A stretch of 25,960 nucleotides of DNA from Octopus sinensis (lineage: Eukaryota): assembly GCF_006345805.1 (NCBI RefSeq), contig NW_021836028.1, positions 1-25,960 of the forward strand. The letters are read 5' to 3'. The position numbers and the translations under genes are program-made. A model generated the notes under the pieces. The model did no database searches and had not been told where the DNA came from. It saw only the letters and a list, made by a program, of their open reading frames with translations. Every line of letters starts with the position of its first letter. Position 1 is the stretch's first letter. Positions 10,611-23,446 of the stretch are shown piece after piece.

Positions 10611-11008
10611 TCTTTTAACTTTTAATTGTTTCAGTCATTAGACTGCGGCCATGCTACGGCATGCCTTGAAGAAATTTTAGTCGAATAAATCGACCCCAGT
10701 ACTTATTTTTATAAGCTTGATACTTATTCTATCAGTCTTTTTTGCCGAACCGCTAAGTTACAGTGATGCAAACATACTAACACCGGTTGTCAAGTGGTGG
10801 TGGTGGCACAAACACAGATACAAAGACAGACAGACAGACAAACACACATATGACGAGCTTCTTTCAGGTTCCGTCTACCAAATCCGCTTAAAAAGGCTTT
10901 GGTCGGCCCGAGGCTAGAGTAGAAGACGCTAGCCAAAGGTTCCACGGAGTGAGACTGAACCTGAAACCATGTGGCTGAGAAGCAAACATCTTGCCACACG
11001 GCTACGCC
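10611..11008 (-). mobile_element. tRNA-derived SINE family 1, full length, diverged
   Basis: Reverse complement of the 3697-4104 family, with head GGCGTAGCCGTGTGGCAAG and tail GACTGAAACAATTAAAAGTTAAAAGA. Confidence 0.87.
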
Positions 11009-11222
11009 GAGGGAAAATACATAAATGCAAAGGAGAGAAGTTAAGTGAGTGGTGGCATGTGCAGAAATAAATCTCTTGGAACAGAGTTGTGATATTCTCT
11101 AAATTCAATCAAGATCACCCTGATTATGTGATAGATGTATGAGCGATAATCCCTCCTCTCACACAAGCAAAAAAGGAAAAGAAAAAATATATATATAATG
11201 GATAATCTAGTTTAAAATCTCA

Positions 11223-12134
11223 GTTAAAAATAATAAGAAGCGCCAGAATGATTTTTCCTACTTTGGATCTAGAGCAAGGTTCTGTCTTGGAAGATAATAT
11301 AAATCAAGGATACCAATTTCTTTAATTCAAAATGTGTCAAGAAAGATCTTTTTGGATAACTGTCGTAAAGTGCATAAAGATGGCTGTGAAATCATAGAGG
11401 AAGTGAGAGAGAAAATAATAAAAAAAGAAGGGATGTCGTAAGTCCTTCATAAACCATAGTGCAAGAAAATCCATTGGGATAACACTTGTAAAAAAAACCA
11501 AAAAAAAAAAACCAAAAAACAAATCGAAAAGCCTCAGCATTCTTGATTGAAGCAAAATCCAATAACCCAACTAGAACCATGTAGAAGCTATAAAATGGGT
11601 CATTCAAGGACAGTACGGTTAGTTCGGATTTATAGGAATCAATGGAAATATATTAAAGTCGCCAGGGCCAAGTTGAAATAAACGCGGGGCTATGATTTCT
11701 CTAAATAATACTACATTGCTTCTGAAGGTTTGCGAAATAGATCCAAGAAAGATGTGAAGAGCTTTTGTAATTTAATACTGATCCATAACAGATGATGAAG
11801 AAGAGAAATGTTTGTAACACTGTAACAGTACTGGGGAAACGACGACCACTTACGGCAATGTGAATAAGGACGAAAAATCCCAATGGATTTTCTTGCACAA
11901 TGGTTTATGAAGGACTTACGACATCCCTTCTTTGTTTTTTATTTTCTCTCTTACTTCCTCTATGATTTCACAGCCATCTTTATGCACTTTACGACAGTTA
12001 TCCAAAAAGATCTTTCTTGACACATTTTGAATTAAAGTAATTGGTATCCTTGATTTATATTATCTTCCAAGACAGAACCTTGCTCTAGATCCAAAGTAGG
12101 AAAAATCATTCTGGCGCTTCTTATTATTTTTAAC
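11223..12134. repeat. Long inverted repeat: 258-bp arms (11223-11480 and 11877-12134), 396-bp spacer
   Basis: The arms are reverse complements with about 5 substitutions by manual comparison. Confidence 0.96.
11230..11876 (+). mobile_element. Possible decayed retroelement coding remnant with CCHC-knuckle-like motif
   Basis: 11805-11865 reads KCL*HCNSTGET, then after a frameshift DHLRQCE. The upstream frame looks codon-like with scattered stops. Family not recognised. Confidence 0.3.
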
Positions 12135-12734
12135 AACTCGCACATCTTTAAAAAGTTAAAATAACCTGTAGAAGACAAAAGAAAAGCTTGCTGGACATTT
12201 TTTTCTACGAGAAATCAAGCCAAATTTTGAAAAATTTAATCGAACGGGAAGACTGCCTGAATTGAAATTAGATAAATACTTTAAATATAGCATTTGGATT
12301 CTATAACACTATAAATTAAACATGGATAATAAGCAGGATATAACAAGTTTTAGCTTAGGCAGTAGATAAGGTGATGAATATAAATTGAGTAAAAGAAAAC
12401 AGAGATAGGAGGTGGTAAGAATCATGGGTGGATGGATGGATGTTGAGTAATGATGGCTTTAAAGCAACTGATTGTCAACATAGCAAATAAAATGTATTGA
12501 TATGCAAGCTCTTGCGAAATGGAAATTTTGATAGATTTAACGATAGCTTCAAACTGATAACTATATATAGCTATGAAGGACTTACAAATAAATGGAGAAA
12601 AATGGTTTGATGAATTAAGGTACAGGAAAATACTAAGTCAGAAAAGTATGAAACAACTTGTTAACTGAAAACAAGACAGTCTTTATTTTAGGAAAGAAAA
12701 CAAGTTGACAGTTTTCTGAAAATCTGCCATTCAG

Positions 12735-13300
12735 GTTTCAATATCAACGTCTATCAATCTCTTGTACAGTTCTTTCGTTATTCTTTTTAATCCTCCTATA
12801 ACAATTATGTTAACTTCCATTCGCATTCCCAAGAGTTCTTTCCGTTCTGTAACCAGATCCAGGTATACTTTTCTGTATTTTTTGCATTTTTTTTTTGCAT
12901 TCATACAACATAATTTGAGTTTATTTTATGCTTCGACTCTTCTTTTTCTTCTTTAATATGGTCATAGCTGGTCGTATTTCTTTCAGACAATTTCCATTGT
13001 GAAATCCCACAGGATCTTACAACAGTCATTTTCAATTACTAGCTTTTGGATGGTAATAGTACAACTTTTCACCAACTATGAAACTAAATTTTCTACTAAC
13101 CTCCAGTGTATCAGTTTATTTGCCTGTCGTGTTTTATAATTTTTGTTTTATGTGTAACATCTTTGAACATTCACACATTATATGATTGACATTTTCATTT
13201 AATTTGCCACACAGCACAACCGATACTCACATCGGAATGGCTTCTGTCAATTTTTGATTTAACAATGTTTGTTTTTATCAATTCTTTTAATGTTGCTATC
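12735..13300 (-). mobile_element. Old R4/Dong-like zinc knuckle plus RLE fragment
   Basis: Minus strand reads LCGKLNENVNHIMCECSK, LIHWRL, VIENDCCKILWDFT, IRPAMTIL, YLDLVTE...MEVNIIVIGGL. Heavily frameshifted. Confidence 0.8.
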
Positions 13301-13559
13301 GTCAAGGATTTTGTTTCCTCCTGTACCACCCGAAAACTGACCCGAAACAGAAGGTCAGAGGTTATGTGAAAAAATTATTCTTAATCGTAGAGACACCCGC
13401 TTCTTACTAAAACAGCGTGTCCGATTGCTTTAGTCAATTAACACGCATCATTAATTAATCTACTGAAACACGAGAGAGCAAAAGTATTGCTTGTTGTTCA
13501 TCACATTTTTTTCATATTAGTAGTTGTACACTACCCGCTATGTCTTTGCAAAACAGACT

Positions 13560-13617
13560 AAGAAAACACTCCTGAGGCGCTGGCAGTGATCAGGCGAAAC
13601 TAGTAGAATTGTTCTTC
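13560..13617 (+). ncRNA. Degenerate minimal type-I hammerhead-ribozyme-like motif, possibly a Penelope-like terminal-repeat remnant
   Basis: CTGAGGC core (CUGANGA with A>C), bulged stem II GCTGG...TCAGGC, then GAAA-CTAG-TA with palindromic stem III. Stem I is only partial (AAGAAAACACTC / GAATTGTTCTTC). Confidence 0.35.
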
Positions 13618-13751
13618 ATTACATTGTGCGGAAAGGATTCTTGTTCTCACCACGCAGCCAATTTGTTGAGAGAAACTAGATGCATGTTTGTTAAACTTAC
13701 GCGTGTAAATTATTTATGACAATTCACAATGACACTCTTTCAGTACATGGA

Positions 13752-13755
<4 letters not shown>

Positions 13756-13802
<47 letters not shown>

Positions 13803-13865
13803 TATATATATGTATGTGTTTATATATTTGTGTGAGTGTGTCCGAGTACATATGTGTGTATATTT
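13756..13865. repeat. (CA)n/(TA)/(TG) microsatellite
   Basis: Seen directly. Confidence 0.9.
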
Positions 13866-14409
13866 ATTAACAATTTATAGGAAACCGATGATGAATTTAA
13901 AGTATTTTAAACTCCTGTTTTAAAACATTCGTTGTGAAAATTTAAACATGTGAAGCAGAGATACCAGGCGTAATTCTTTTTCTTCTCGTTCAGTTTATAG
14001 CTATAACACGCATTCTTGTCTGTCTCTTGACTAAGCTTTTTTTCTCCAGCGTTCACCACTTCACCTCGTTAGGGTTAAACAGCCCTTACCGAATGTTTTC
14101 ACTGTTCTGTTTTTGTTAGCAGCTTTGACGTTCCACGTATCTCAAATTTTATTTAATTTGCTTTGGGGGAGCAATTGCATTGACGAAGACGCATCTTGTT
14201 GCACTGCTCGCAATGCGGAGTAGGTAAATCTGCCAACAATTGAGGAAGGGTTGTTTTTTTTTTTATGCTGCCTTCGCGCTATAGTTCTCTCTATATAATA
14301 GAAATTCTTCCTACCCAGCCCAACCCAACCCGTTTGTAATAGTGACACTGATGCCATAGCGTCGACTGTGGGCCGGTAGCTGTGTACAGTCGCCCCAATG
14401 TCGCCCAGA

Positions 14410-14469
14410 GCTGGTCTGAGGCTATAGCAGTAGACACATGCCAAGTTACCACACAGCCACACCTGCACC
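14410..14469 (-). mobile_element. SINE family 1 head fragment with internal deletion
   Basis: Minus strand GGTGCAGGTGTGGCTGTGTGGTAA is joined to CTTGGCATGTGTCTACTGCTATAGCCTCAG. Confidence 0.7.
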
Positions 14470-14640
14470 TGTGTGTGTGTGGTGGGGTGTATCGGTATGG
14501 GTGTATGGGAAAATATTGTCAATTTCCCCAAACAGGGACACAATTCAATTTTTAAACAATAACCAAAGCTCCTTCTCCCAAAGGGGGAGGGTTACAGTTT
14601 ACAATTATTTAACAAATGCAACACAACAACGTTTCCTTTA

Positions 14641-15100
<460 letters not shown>

Positions 15101-15264
15101 TACTTCTGCAATGCACACAAATTTTTAACAATTTTTAAAAAAATACAATTCCTAATAATATCTAATTATAAAAGTATAACAGGGTTTTTTAATCATCGAA
15201 TGGCTATGTGGGTGCACCCAGAATCAAAGGGATCCAAAAGTAGAGAAATTGTTGAGAACCAGAT

Positions 15265-15682
15265 GTTTAGTCGAACGAATCGAATCCTGTACTTATTTTT
15301 AACCCATAAAGCGCTGGGATTTGCACTTATATAGCATGGACTGGAGTGCTGAGTACATTTTATGAAAATGAGACTACCATGCATATATAGAAAAAAAAAC
15401 AAACAAAAAGTAGTTAAAATATCTTAGTATATAATGGTGGCAATATCATCTGAAAAGTCATTAGTTGAACTATGAGTCCTATTGCATTCTGGCGGGGGTG
15501 ATATCGGAGCGTTTGAATGACATTAGGCCCCAACAAATGCTTATAAATTAAATGCACCTATCTGGGCCACGATCGTGGCCTGTCAACCTCTGCCTGACGG
15601 CCTCGATCGTGGCCCGTCGCGCTTTATGTGTTAAAGTCTGATACTTATTCTATCGCATTGCTAAGTTACGGGGACAGAAACT
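15265..15682 (-). mobile_element. SINE family 1 fragment split by the piggyBac-type MITE
   Basis: 15265-15302 joined to 15635-15682 matches 10675-10770 (TTTAGTCGAA...GTACTTATTTTT...GATACTTATTCTATC...GCTAAGTTAC). Confidence 0.75.
15303..15630. mobile_element. Non-autonomous piggyBac-like MITE, 328 bp
   Basis: TTAA at 15299-15302 and 15631-15634. TIRs CCCATAAAGCGC / GCGCTTTATGTG match 11/12. Two subterminal GGCC(A/T)CGATCGTGGCC palindromes are present, and the element interrupts a SINE. Confidence 0.85.
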
Positions 15683-16569
15683 ACACGCATACACAAGATG
15701 TGCACAAACATCAGCAAAACTTCTACCAAATGCAAACGTAATAGGTCGGATGTTGTTCTTTAGGTTAGACATGCAAAAGTATGTACCTCCATAGGGATCA
15801 GCTGCCCTGCTATTGCGAATATTTCTTCTAAAATCGAAGCAAAAGGAAAAAAAAAAAACAACAAAACAAAAACAAAAGGGATATCTATGGACAACTGCTT
15901 CGAAATCTCCAATATCTATACCCAGATTATAAATTCACATTTACACTAATAATGATTCGGGTGCTTCGTTTTGTGAGTAAATATTCAAGTGACAATCCGC
16001 AAAAGCTTTTCAGAAAAATAAATCAACCAGCTTAACGTACATTACAAATACAATCTACGAGCGGGAGAGTAAACGTATTCCAGACTTTTCTCAAGGTTAA
16101 ACGGTGACATTCTTTTTGTTACCCACATTCCAATGATGGAGCTTTGTATCTTTGTTAGAAACCAGTTATTTCCTTACAGGAAGACTTGAGATAATTTAAA
16201 ATACGCTTAACGAATGCAAATATGAGAGAGAATTTAAGAGTTAACCAAAGTGGCTAATGAATTAATGTTCACTAAATTCCATTGAAAAATAAGATTTCTG
16301 GGATGGAAACCTCAAGCTCTTTCTGTATTTGAAATTCGAAACATCAAACTAAAAGAATATATATTTATATGCAGTTCCACTTATGTATGCCTGTTTTTGT
16401 ATAGAGACGTTTTACGTTATCGATTTATAAATATATAGAAATAACAATTTTCTTTTCAGTGGTTAAAACGCTATCTTTTTGCACAATTAAATAAAAACAG
16501 AACTCGAGAAAATGCTGTATAAACTCTCTAGGAGACAGGTGTGCGATAAACGCAGATGTATGCATTACA

Positions 16570-16571
<2 letters not shown>

Positions 16572-16618
<47 letters not shown>

Positions 16619-16950
16619 GTGTGTGTATGTGTGTGTATATATGTATGTATGCACGTATGTGTGTATATAAGTATGTGCGTGTATGTGTGAATATAGATAT
16701 GCCTGAATATATGCATATTTGTATATATGGATATATATATACAATATATCACATATAATGTATAAAATATAATATATTCATGTTATATTTTATATATTAT
16801 AGATTGTATGTATATCTATACGTACACTTACATGTATATACACGTACATACACACAAACACACACACACACACACACAAGCAAGCACACACACAGAGAAA
16901 CACACATACACACACACACACAAACATGTATGTATACACACATAAATTCA
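16572..16950. repeat. (TG)/(TA)/(CA) microsatellite field
   Basis: Seen directly. Confidence 0.93.
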
Positions 16951-16956
16951 TACGTA

Positions 16957-17606
<650 letters not shown>

Positions 17607-17709
17607 ATATATATATATATATATATATGTATACATACGCGTATGCACGCGCGCTCAAAAACACACTCATATACATATATACTCACACACAAACACACAC
17701 ACACACACA

Positions 17710-17800
17710 CAATGGCCCGGGAACAGGGGGTGCAGTGGGTGCACCTGTACCCCTTGGAATTTTCAGGTAGTGCAAGATCAAAATTTGCACCCCCTACATA
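17710..17800 (+). mobile_element. Possible hAT-like DNA transposon terminus
   Basis: Abrupt GC-rich start CAATGGCCCGGGAACAGGGGGTGCAG with subterminal GGGGTGCA/TGCACCCC repeats. No partner TIR or TSD found. Confidence 0.3.
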
Positions 17801-18105
17801 ATTTTACCAGTTTTAGAACATAGTGTCTAAAAAATTATCTGTACAAGATGCTTGAAGCTAGATTTCGTTTCAAAGCAAAAACAAAGAACAAAAATAAATA
17901 TATATAAGTGATGAAGTTGGGCTTAAAATTCCCATAGGAATTTATGATTAACCAACTTTTGAAGCAAAGTAGCGTCAAAATAAAAAGTATGTGACAACAA
18001 TAACTGTAGCAGCAAACAACAAGAACAACAACATGACCAGCATCTACGGCGAGTCTTCAATACATAGCATTACTTGGATTCTTGAAGACAGCTCTATTCT
18101 GAGAA

Positions 18106-18173
18106 ATATATATATATATATATTATATATATATATATATCCGTACACACAATTATATATGTTTATACATGTT

Positions 18174-18231
<58 letters not shown>

Positions 18232-18305
18232 ATATATATATATATTATATATATATATATATATAATATATATATATATAATATATATATATATATATTA
18301 TATAT
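18106..18305. repeat. (TA)n microsatellite
   Basis: Seen directly. Confidence 0.95.
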
Positions 18306-18379
18306 GTACACATGCACACACATGCAAAAATGGAACACAAGCGTTGGAATTTGGATAGCAACGAAGAATAGTGTATTAT

Positions 18380-18640
18380 ACACGAAATGTATTTGTAAAG
18401 AGCATGTTAACCGATTTCTTTGCCTACCTGCAAGTCCTAACTTTCCCACCTTGTCATTAAATCATTTACCAACATAAACAAGTGTACCAAGAATTATTGG
18501 AATCAATGTGAATTTATAATCAGGATGAAAGTGCCGTAGATGACGAAACCGTTGTCTATTGATATCCACCTTCTTGTTGACTTTGGAACAGATGTTCATG
18601 TCTCCAGGACATCTGATCTCAATGACTTTACATTCTGTCT
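18380..18640 (-). mobile_element. RLE endonuclease C-terminal fragment of a different non-LTR lineage
   Basis: ECKVIEIRCPGDMNICSKVNKK...HPDYKFTLIPIILGTLVYV (ORF 18462-18728), continuing as KLGLAGRQRNRLTCSLQI. It has IExxCP in place of the IDxAxP seen in the other fragments. Confidence 0.7.
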
Positions 18641-18914
18641 GTGTGGCTATTATTGGTTGTTTGCATCTATGTGTATATGCAATCATACAGGCATTTTTGT
18701 GTTTGGATTTGAAAACGGAAGAAAACACTCTCGATGCATGCAGTAAAATTTATTGGTTTCTTCGTCGGTTAAGTCCTTCTTCGTTTTCACACCGACTGTA
18801 AAACGATCGTTTCTCATAATCGTTTGCGAAAAGTAGAGAGGTGACACTCTGAGTAAGATAGAAGGAAGCCCCTATTAGAAACAACCCACGAACACGTATG
18901 CATTCAAATATATC

Positions 18915-18941
18915 TGTTTGTCTGTCTGTCTGTCCTACAAT

Positions 18942-18984
<43 letters not shown>

Positions 18985-19094
18985 GCACATACATACATGC
19001 ATGCATACATACATACATACATATACATATACATATATATATATAATATATATATATATATGTATATGTATATATAGTATATAAATATATATAC

Positions 19095-19140
<46 letters not shown>

Positions 19141-19196
19141 ATATATATGTATATATATATGTATATATATATATGTTATATATGTATATATATATG

Positions 19197-19234
<38 letters not shown>

Positions 19235-19530
19235 TTATATATATATAATATATATATATATACTCAGACGATATATTAATGTCTCAGTGTTTGTGTATGC
19301 GTGTATGTCTCTGCGTGCATATGTGTATGTGATTATGTATGTGCGTGTCTACGTATGTGAATGTGAATGTGTATGTGTATATACATATATATGCATGTAT
19401 GTATGTATGTATGTATACACACGTACACACTCGCACACAAACACATACATGTATGTATATACGCGCACGCACATAAACATCTCACACACCAATATATATA
19501 TATATATATACAGAGATATATACACACATT
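18915..19530. repeat. Compound (CT)/(TA)/(TACA)/(TG)/(CA) microsatellite field
   Basis: Seen directly. Confidence 0.95.
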
Positions 19531-20089
19531 CAGATGGAGAAAGAATCTGTGTATTTATTTTAGTCAGGTTTTAGTCGGGTTCTATGAAAGAGTGGTGATG
19601 ATTGAAACGGTCGAGAGATTGTCTTTCATTCATCTGGTGCGTTGATAAAATAAAATACGATTCAAGGACTGGGATCGATTTAATCCTTTGATCCTTGATA
19701 AAAAAATATTACAATAAAATAAAAAAAAGAAACCACAAATACTCATAAAATTGGTCGTTATGTTTATGTCCGACGCCATTACATTTGGGTGCAGTGTGCT
19801 TTTAGAAAAAGGTTATTATCTCCCTTTGAATTTCATCGCCTATCGTATAAGAATCGAAAAGTAAGATAATGTTTCTAACCATAGGGTGTATTTTCTTTTC
19901 TTCTCCTTTTATTGTTATTTACTATTTATTATTTTTTTTCTTTCTGTACTTTCAAAAACTCTGCTCCTTAGTCTTCGACCTGCCTTAGGTTTCGGCCATT
20001 AAATTATCCCTCAAGTTGGAGAGAAGGCATAAGAAAACATGAAGAAATATACGTTTGCACGCATGTACGCATGCATCTATGTATGTTTG

Positions 20090-20583
20090 TATGTTTATAT
20101 ATATATATATATATATATATATGTCTTATATGTTATATATATATTATATATATATATATATTATATATATAATATTATATATATATATAATATATATATA
20201 TATAATACCAGTCATAAATCATAAAGATTCATTTATTCATTTATCTATTTATTTATTTCTTACGCAAAGATTGCGATTCCATTTTTTTCCAACTTTACTT
20301 TCTAGCCATCATCATCATCATCATCATCATCTTCTTTGGAATTTATCCACCAGGTAGAATCCTCCTATTTTATCATTGTCAGCAAATAGTAATACTCAGT
20401 GAATGTCACACTAGTTTTGAACCAGCGTGTTGTTAACACTTTCCACGCCATCATCCCTCCTTCCCTACGTCACTCTCCTCTCAATCCTCGTCCTTTCTTC
20501 TCTTACACTCTCCTACTTACAATCACTCATACCGTTTGCTGCACCCTCGCTTACTCTTGCTTCTGCGTAATTTATACATATAC

Positions 20584-20660
<77 letters not shown>

Positions 20661-21072
20661 ATATATATTATATATATATATATATATAGATATATATATA
20701 TATATATACATATATAATACTTGCGAAACTCACTCGCTCTTCCATTTTCCCTGGTTTGTTTGTTTGTTGTGGTATATTTTAGTTTTGGCTCATGTCAGAT
20801 ACTTTTATTTTCGTAGAGGAGAGCAATAAAAGCAAAGAATATTTATTTCTTTAGTAATGAATATCTTATATCTCTGTGGAAAACCACTATATTTCACAAT
20901 TGTAACTGCACTAGATTTTGTGACATTTCATTCAATCTTACCACAACACAAAAATTTTCCCTCCTTCCTGCTTTAGAATTGCACCGATGTCTCTGTACAT
21001 ATATCTCCATGTCATTCCTCTTTTCGGTCTTATATATATATAACATAATATATATATATATATATTATATAT

Positions 21073-21125
<53 letters not shown>

Positions 21126-21413
21126 TACATACATGTACGTATATAAATGTATTATATATATAATCTGTGTAATATATATGTATATATATGTACAAGCACC
21201 CACACTGAAGAGCATTCACACACACATACACACACAAAAACAACCACATATATATTTGTATGCATAACTCATATATACGGATATGAGTAAAAAATATCGA
21301 ACTTAAAGACACAAAAACAGACGCAAATGTATGTATACAAGAAAAAACCCCAAAGGCAGCATATTTATATTCAAGGGTATATAACATTTACATAAGTGTA
21401 ATGTGTGTACATA

Positions 21414-21459
<46 letters not shown>

Positions 21460-21705
21460 ATATATAATTATATATATATATATATATAATATATATATAT
21501 ATATATTATATATATATTATACTACATACATATGTGTATATGTGTGTGTGTTGTGTGTGTGCATGTGGCCTAAAAGTATTCTGGGATACGTATAAGCATA
21601 TATAGGTTGGTGTATGTAACTATTTACATATATAGCTGTAAATTTGAATATAAGTATATTGTGTGTGTGTGTGTGCGTGTATGTGCGCGCGAATGTCTCT
21701 ATGAT

Positions 21706-21736
<31 letters not shown>

Positions 21737-21777
21737 ATATATATATTATATACATATACCATATATATATATATATA

Positions 21778-21824
<47 letters not shown>

Positions 21825-22071
21825 TATACTTACGCATTTGTACGTACATATACATATATGTAATATATATATACATACGTACAATCACATATCTTTAGAA
21901 CATAAGTATTATGAATGTCTTATAAACGTGTGTATATATGTGTATATATATGGGTGTGTATTATATAGATATATATGCACATGCCTGTTTATACAATATA
22001 GCTTATCCATTATATATATGTATATATATGTATATATTATATATGTATATATATTATATTACGTATATATA

Positions 22072-22112
<41 letters not shown>

Positions 22113-22220
22113 TGCGTAAGTACATGCACATGCATATGCATACGCACATGCATAAATACAGACACACATATGCACACTTACATACATACATACATGCATA
22201 CATACATACATGCATGCATG
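20090..22220. repeat. Series of (TA)n-dominated tracts (about 20090-20205, 20570-20720, 21030-21190, 21400-22220) separated by AT-rich unique spacers
   Basis: Seen directly. Confidence 0.9.
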
Positions 22221-22764
22221 CATTTAAAGAATTTAGGAAATATTGATGCGACACCATACTGGGATTTAAATCTATTTCATATTTCTTCCTAACGTAGTGA
22301 TACATGAGGTATGATGCATATATGGAATCATACAATGGAAGAACGCAAGTACTAAATTCCTCCTCTTTATTATTTTTTTTCTCCCTCACCACCTGTTTAC
22401 GTCATATTATATATCTGGTCCCTTTCTGCTTTATTACCTTACCTACAGTTTGTTTCTTTAACTCTATAGAAATACATAAAAGAAATTGTTTATGTCAAGA
22501 TTGATGCGAAATTCCATTTTTTTTGTTTTTGTTTCGCTTTTGCTATTGTTTTTTTTTGTTTTTGTTTCGCTTTTGCTTTTGTTTTTGTTTTTTTTTTGTT
22601 CTTCGTTTCTGTTTTGTCTCTCCTTCTGGTGAGGTGAACGAGAAAACGACTTCCCAGTCAGTTCGCTTTTATTCAATATGGCGGTGTTTTTTCTTTTTAA
22701 AATGTATATCGTGTACTGTTGTTACTGAAAGCGTTGTAGTATCAGCTTCTTCGTAGGGATGGTT

Positions 22765-22830
22765 GTAGTAGTAGTAGTAGTAGTAGTAGTTGTAGTAGTA
22801 AGAGCAGCAGCAGCAGTAACAACAGCAGCA
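22765..22830. repeat. (GTA)n then (GCA)n trinucleotide tract
   Basis: Seen directly. Confidence 0.9.
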
Positions 22831-22925
22831 TGCATGAGTTTTTAGTCTTTAGAATGCCGGTTAGTTTATGCGATTTGTTTCGGTTCCTGAGTTCGAATAC
22901 CGCTTAAGACAAGTTTTAGATTTCA

Positions 22926-23146
22926 AAGATGGCGAGCTGGCAGAATTGTTTTTGCGCCAGACGAAATGCTGCTCAGCAGCATTTCGTCCTTCTTTACGTT
23001 CTGAGTTCAAATTTTGCTCAGGTCTACTTTGCCTTTCATCCTTTCGAGATCCATAAAATAAGTACTAGTTGAGTACGTGAGTCGATGTAATCCACAAGCT
23101 TCCTCCCCCACCGTATTACTGGCCTGGTGCATAAATTAAAAATTAC

Positions 23147-23186
<40 letters not shown>

Positions 23187-23201
23187 TTATTATTATTATT
23201 A
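22926..23201 (+). mobile_element. SINE family 2, full length, diverged, with (ATT)n tail
   Basis: GATGGCGAGCTGGCAGAAT...GTTCTGAGTTCAAAT...CTTTGCCTTTCATCCTTTCG, then (ATT)n at 23148-23201. Confidence 0.87.
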
Positions 23202-23340
23202 TTCAAATTCCTCCAAGGTCAACTTCGCCTTTCATCCTTTCGATGTCGATAAATTAAGTACCAGTTGCGTACTGGGGCGATCTAATCGACTAGCCCCCTC
23301 CTCCCAAATATCGGGACTTGTGCCTAGAGTAGAATAGATT
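23202..23340 (+). mobile_element. SINE family 2, 5'-truncated
   Basis: Matches 4200-4340, including AAATTAAGTACCAGTTGCGTACTGGGG and GTGCCTAGAGTAGAA. Confidence 0.9.
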
Positions 23341-23446
23341 CTTCTTCTTCTTCTTCTTCTTCTTCTTCTTCTTCTTCTTCTTCTTCTTCTTCTTCTTCTT
23401 CTTCTTCTTCTTCTTCTTCTTCTTCTTCTTCTTCTTCTTCTTCTTC
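23341..23446. repeat. Pure (CTT)n tract, about 35 units
   Basis: Seen directly. Confidence 0.97.

Noticed and set aside
14287-14640. Helitron-like start TCTCTCTATATAATAG
   Set aside because: No 3' hairpin plus CTRR terminus identified, and the motif is low complexity.
16165-16200. Splice-acceptor-like TATTTCCTTACAG
   Set aside because: All three downstream frames hit stops within a few codons and I see no convincing donor, so an exon cannot be supported.
20090-22100. Irregular TT/AA interruptions in (TA)n tracts as a possible higher-order code
   Set aside because: Aperiodic single-base indels are consistent with slippage or long-read consensus error.
22520-22590. 33-bp-period duplication of TTTTGTTTTTGTTTCGCTTTTGCT
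   Set aside because: Ordinary low-complexity slippage duplication.
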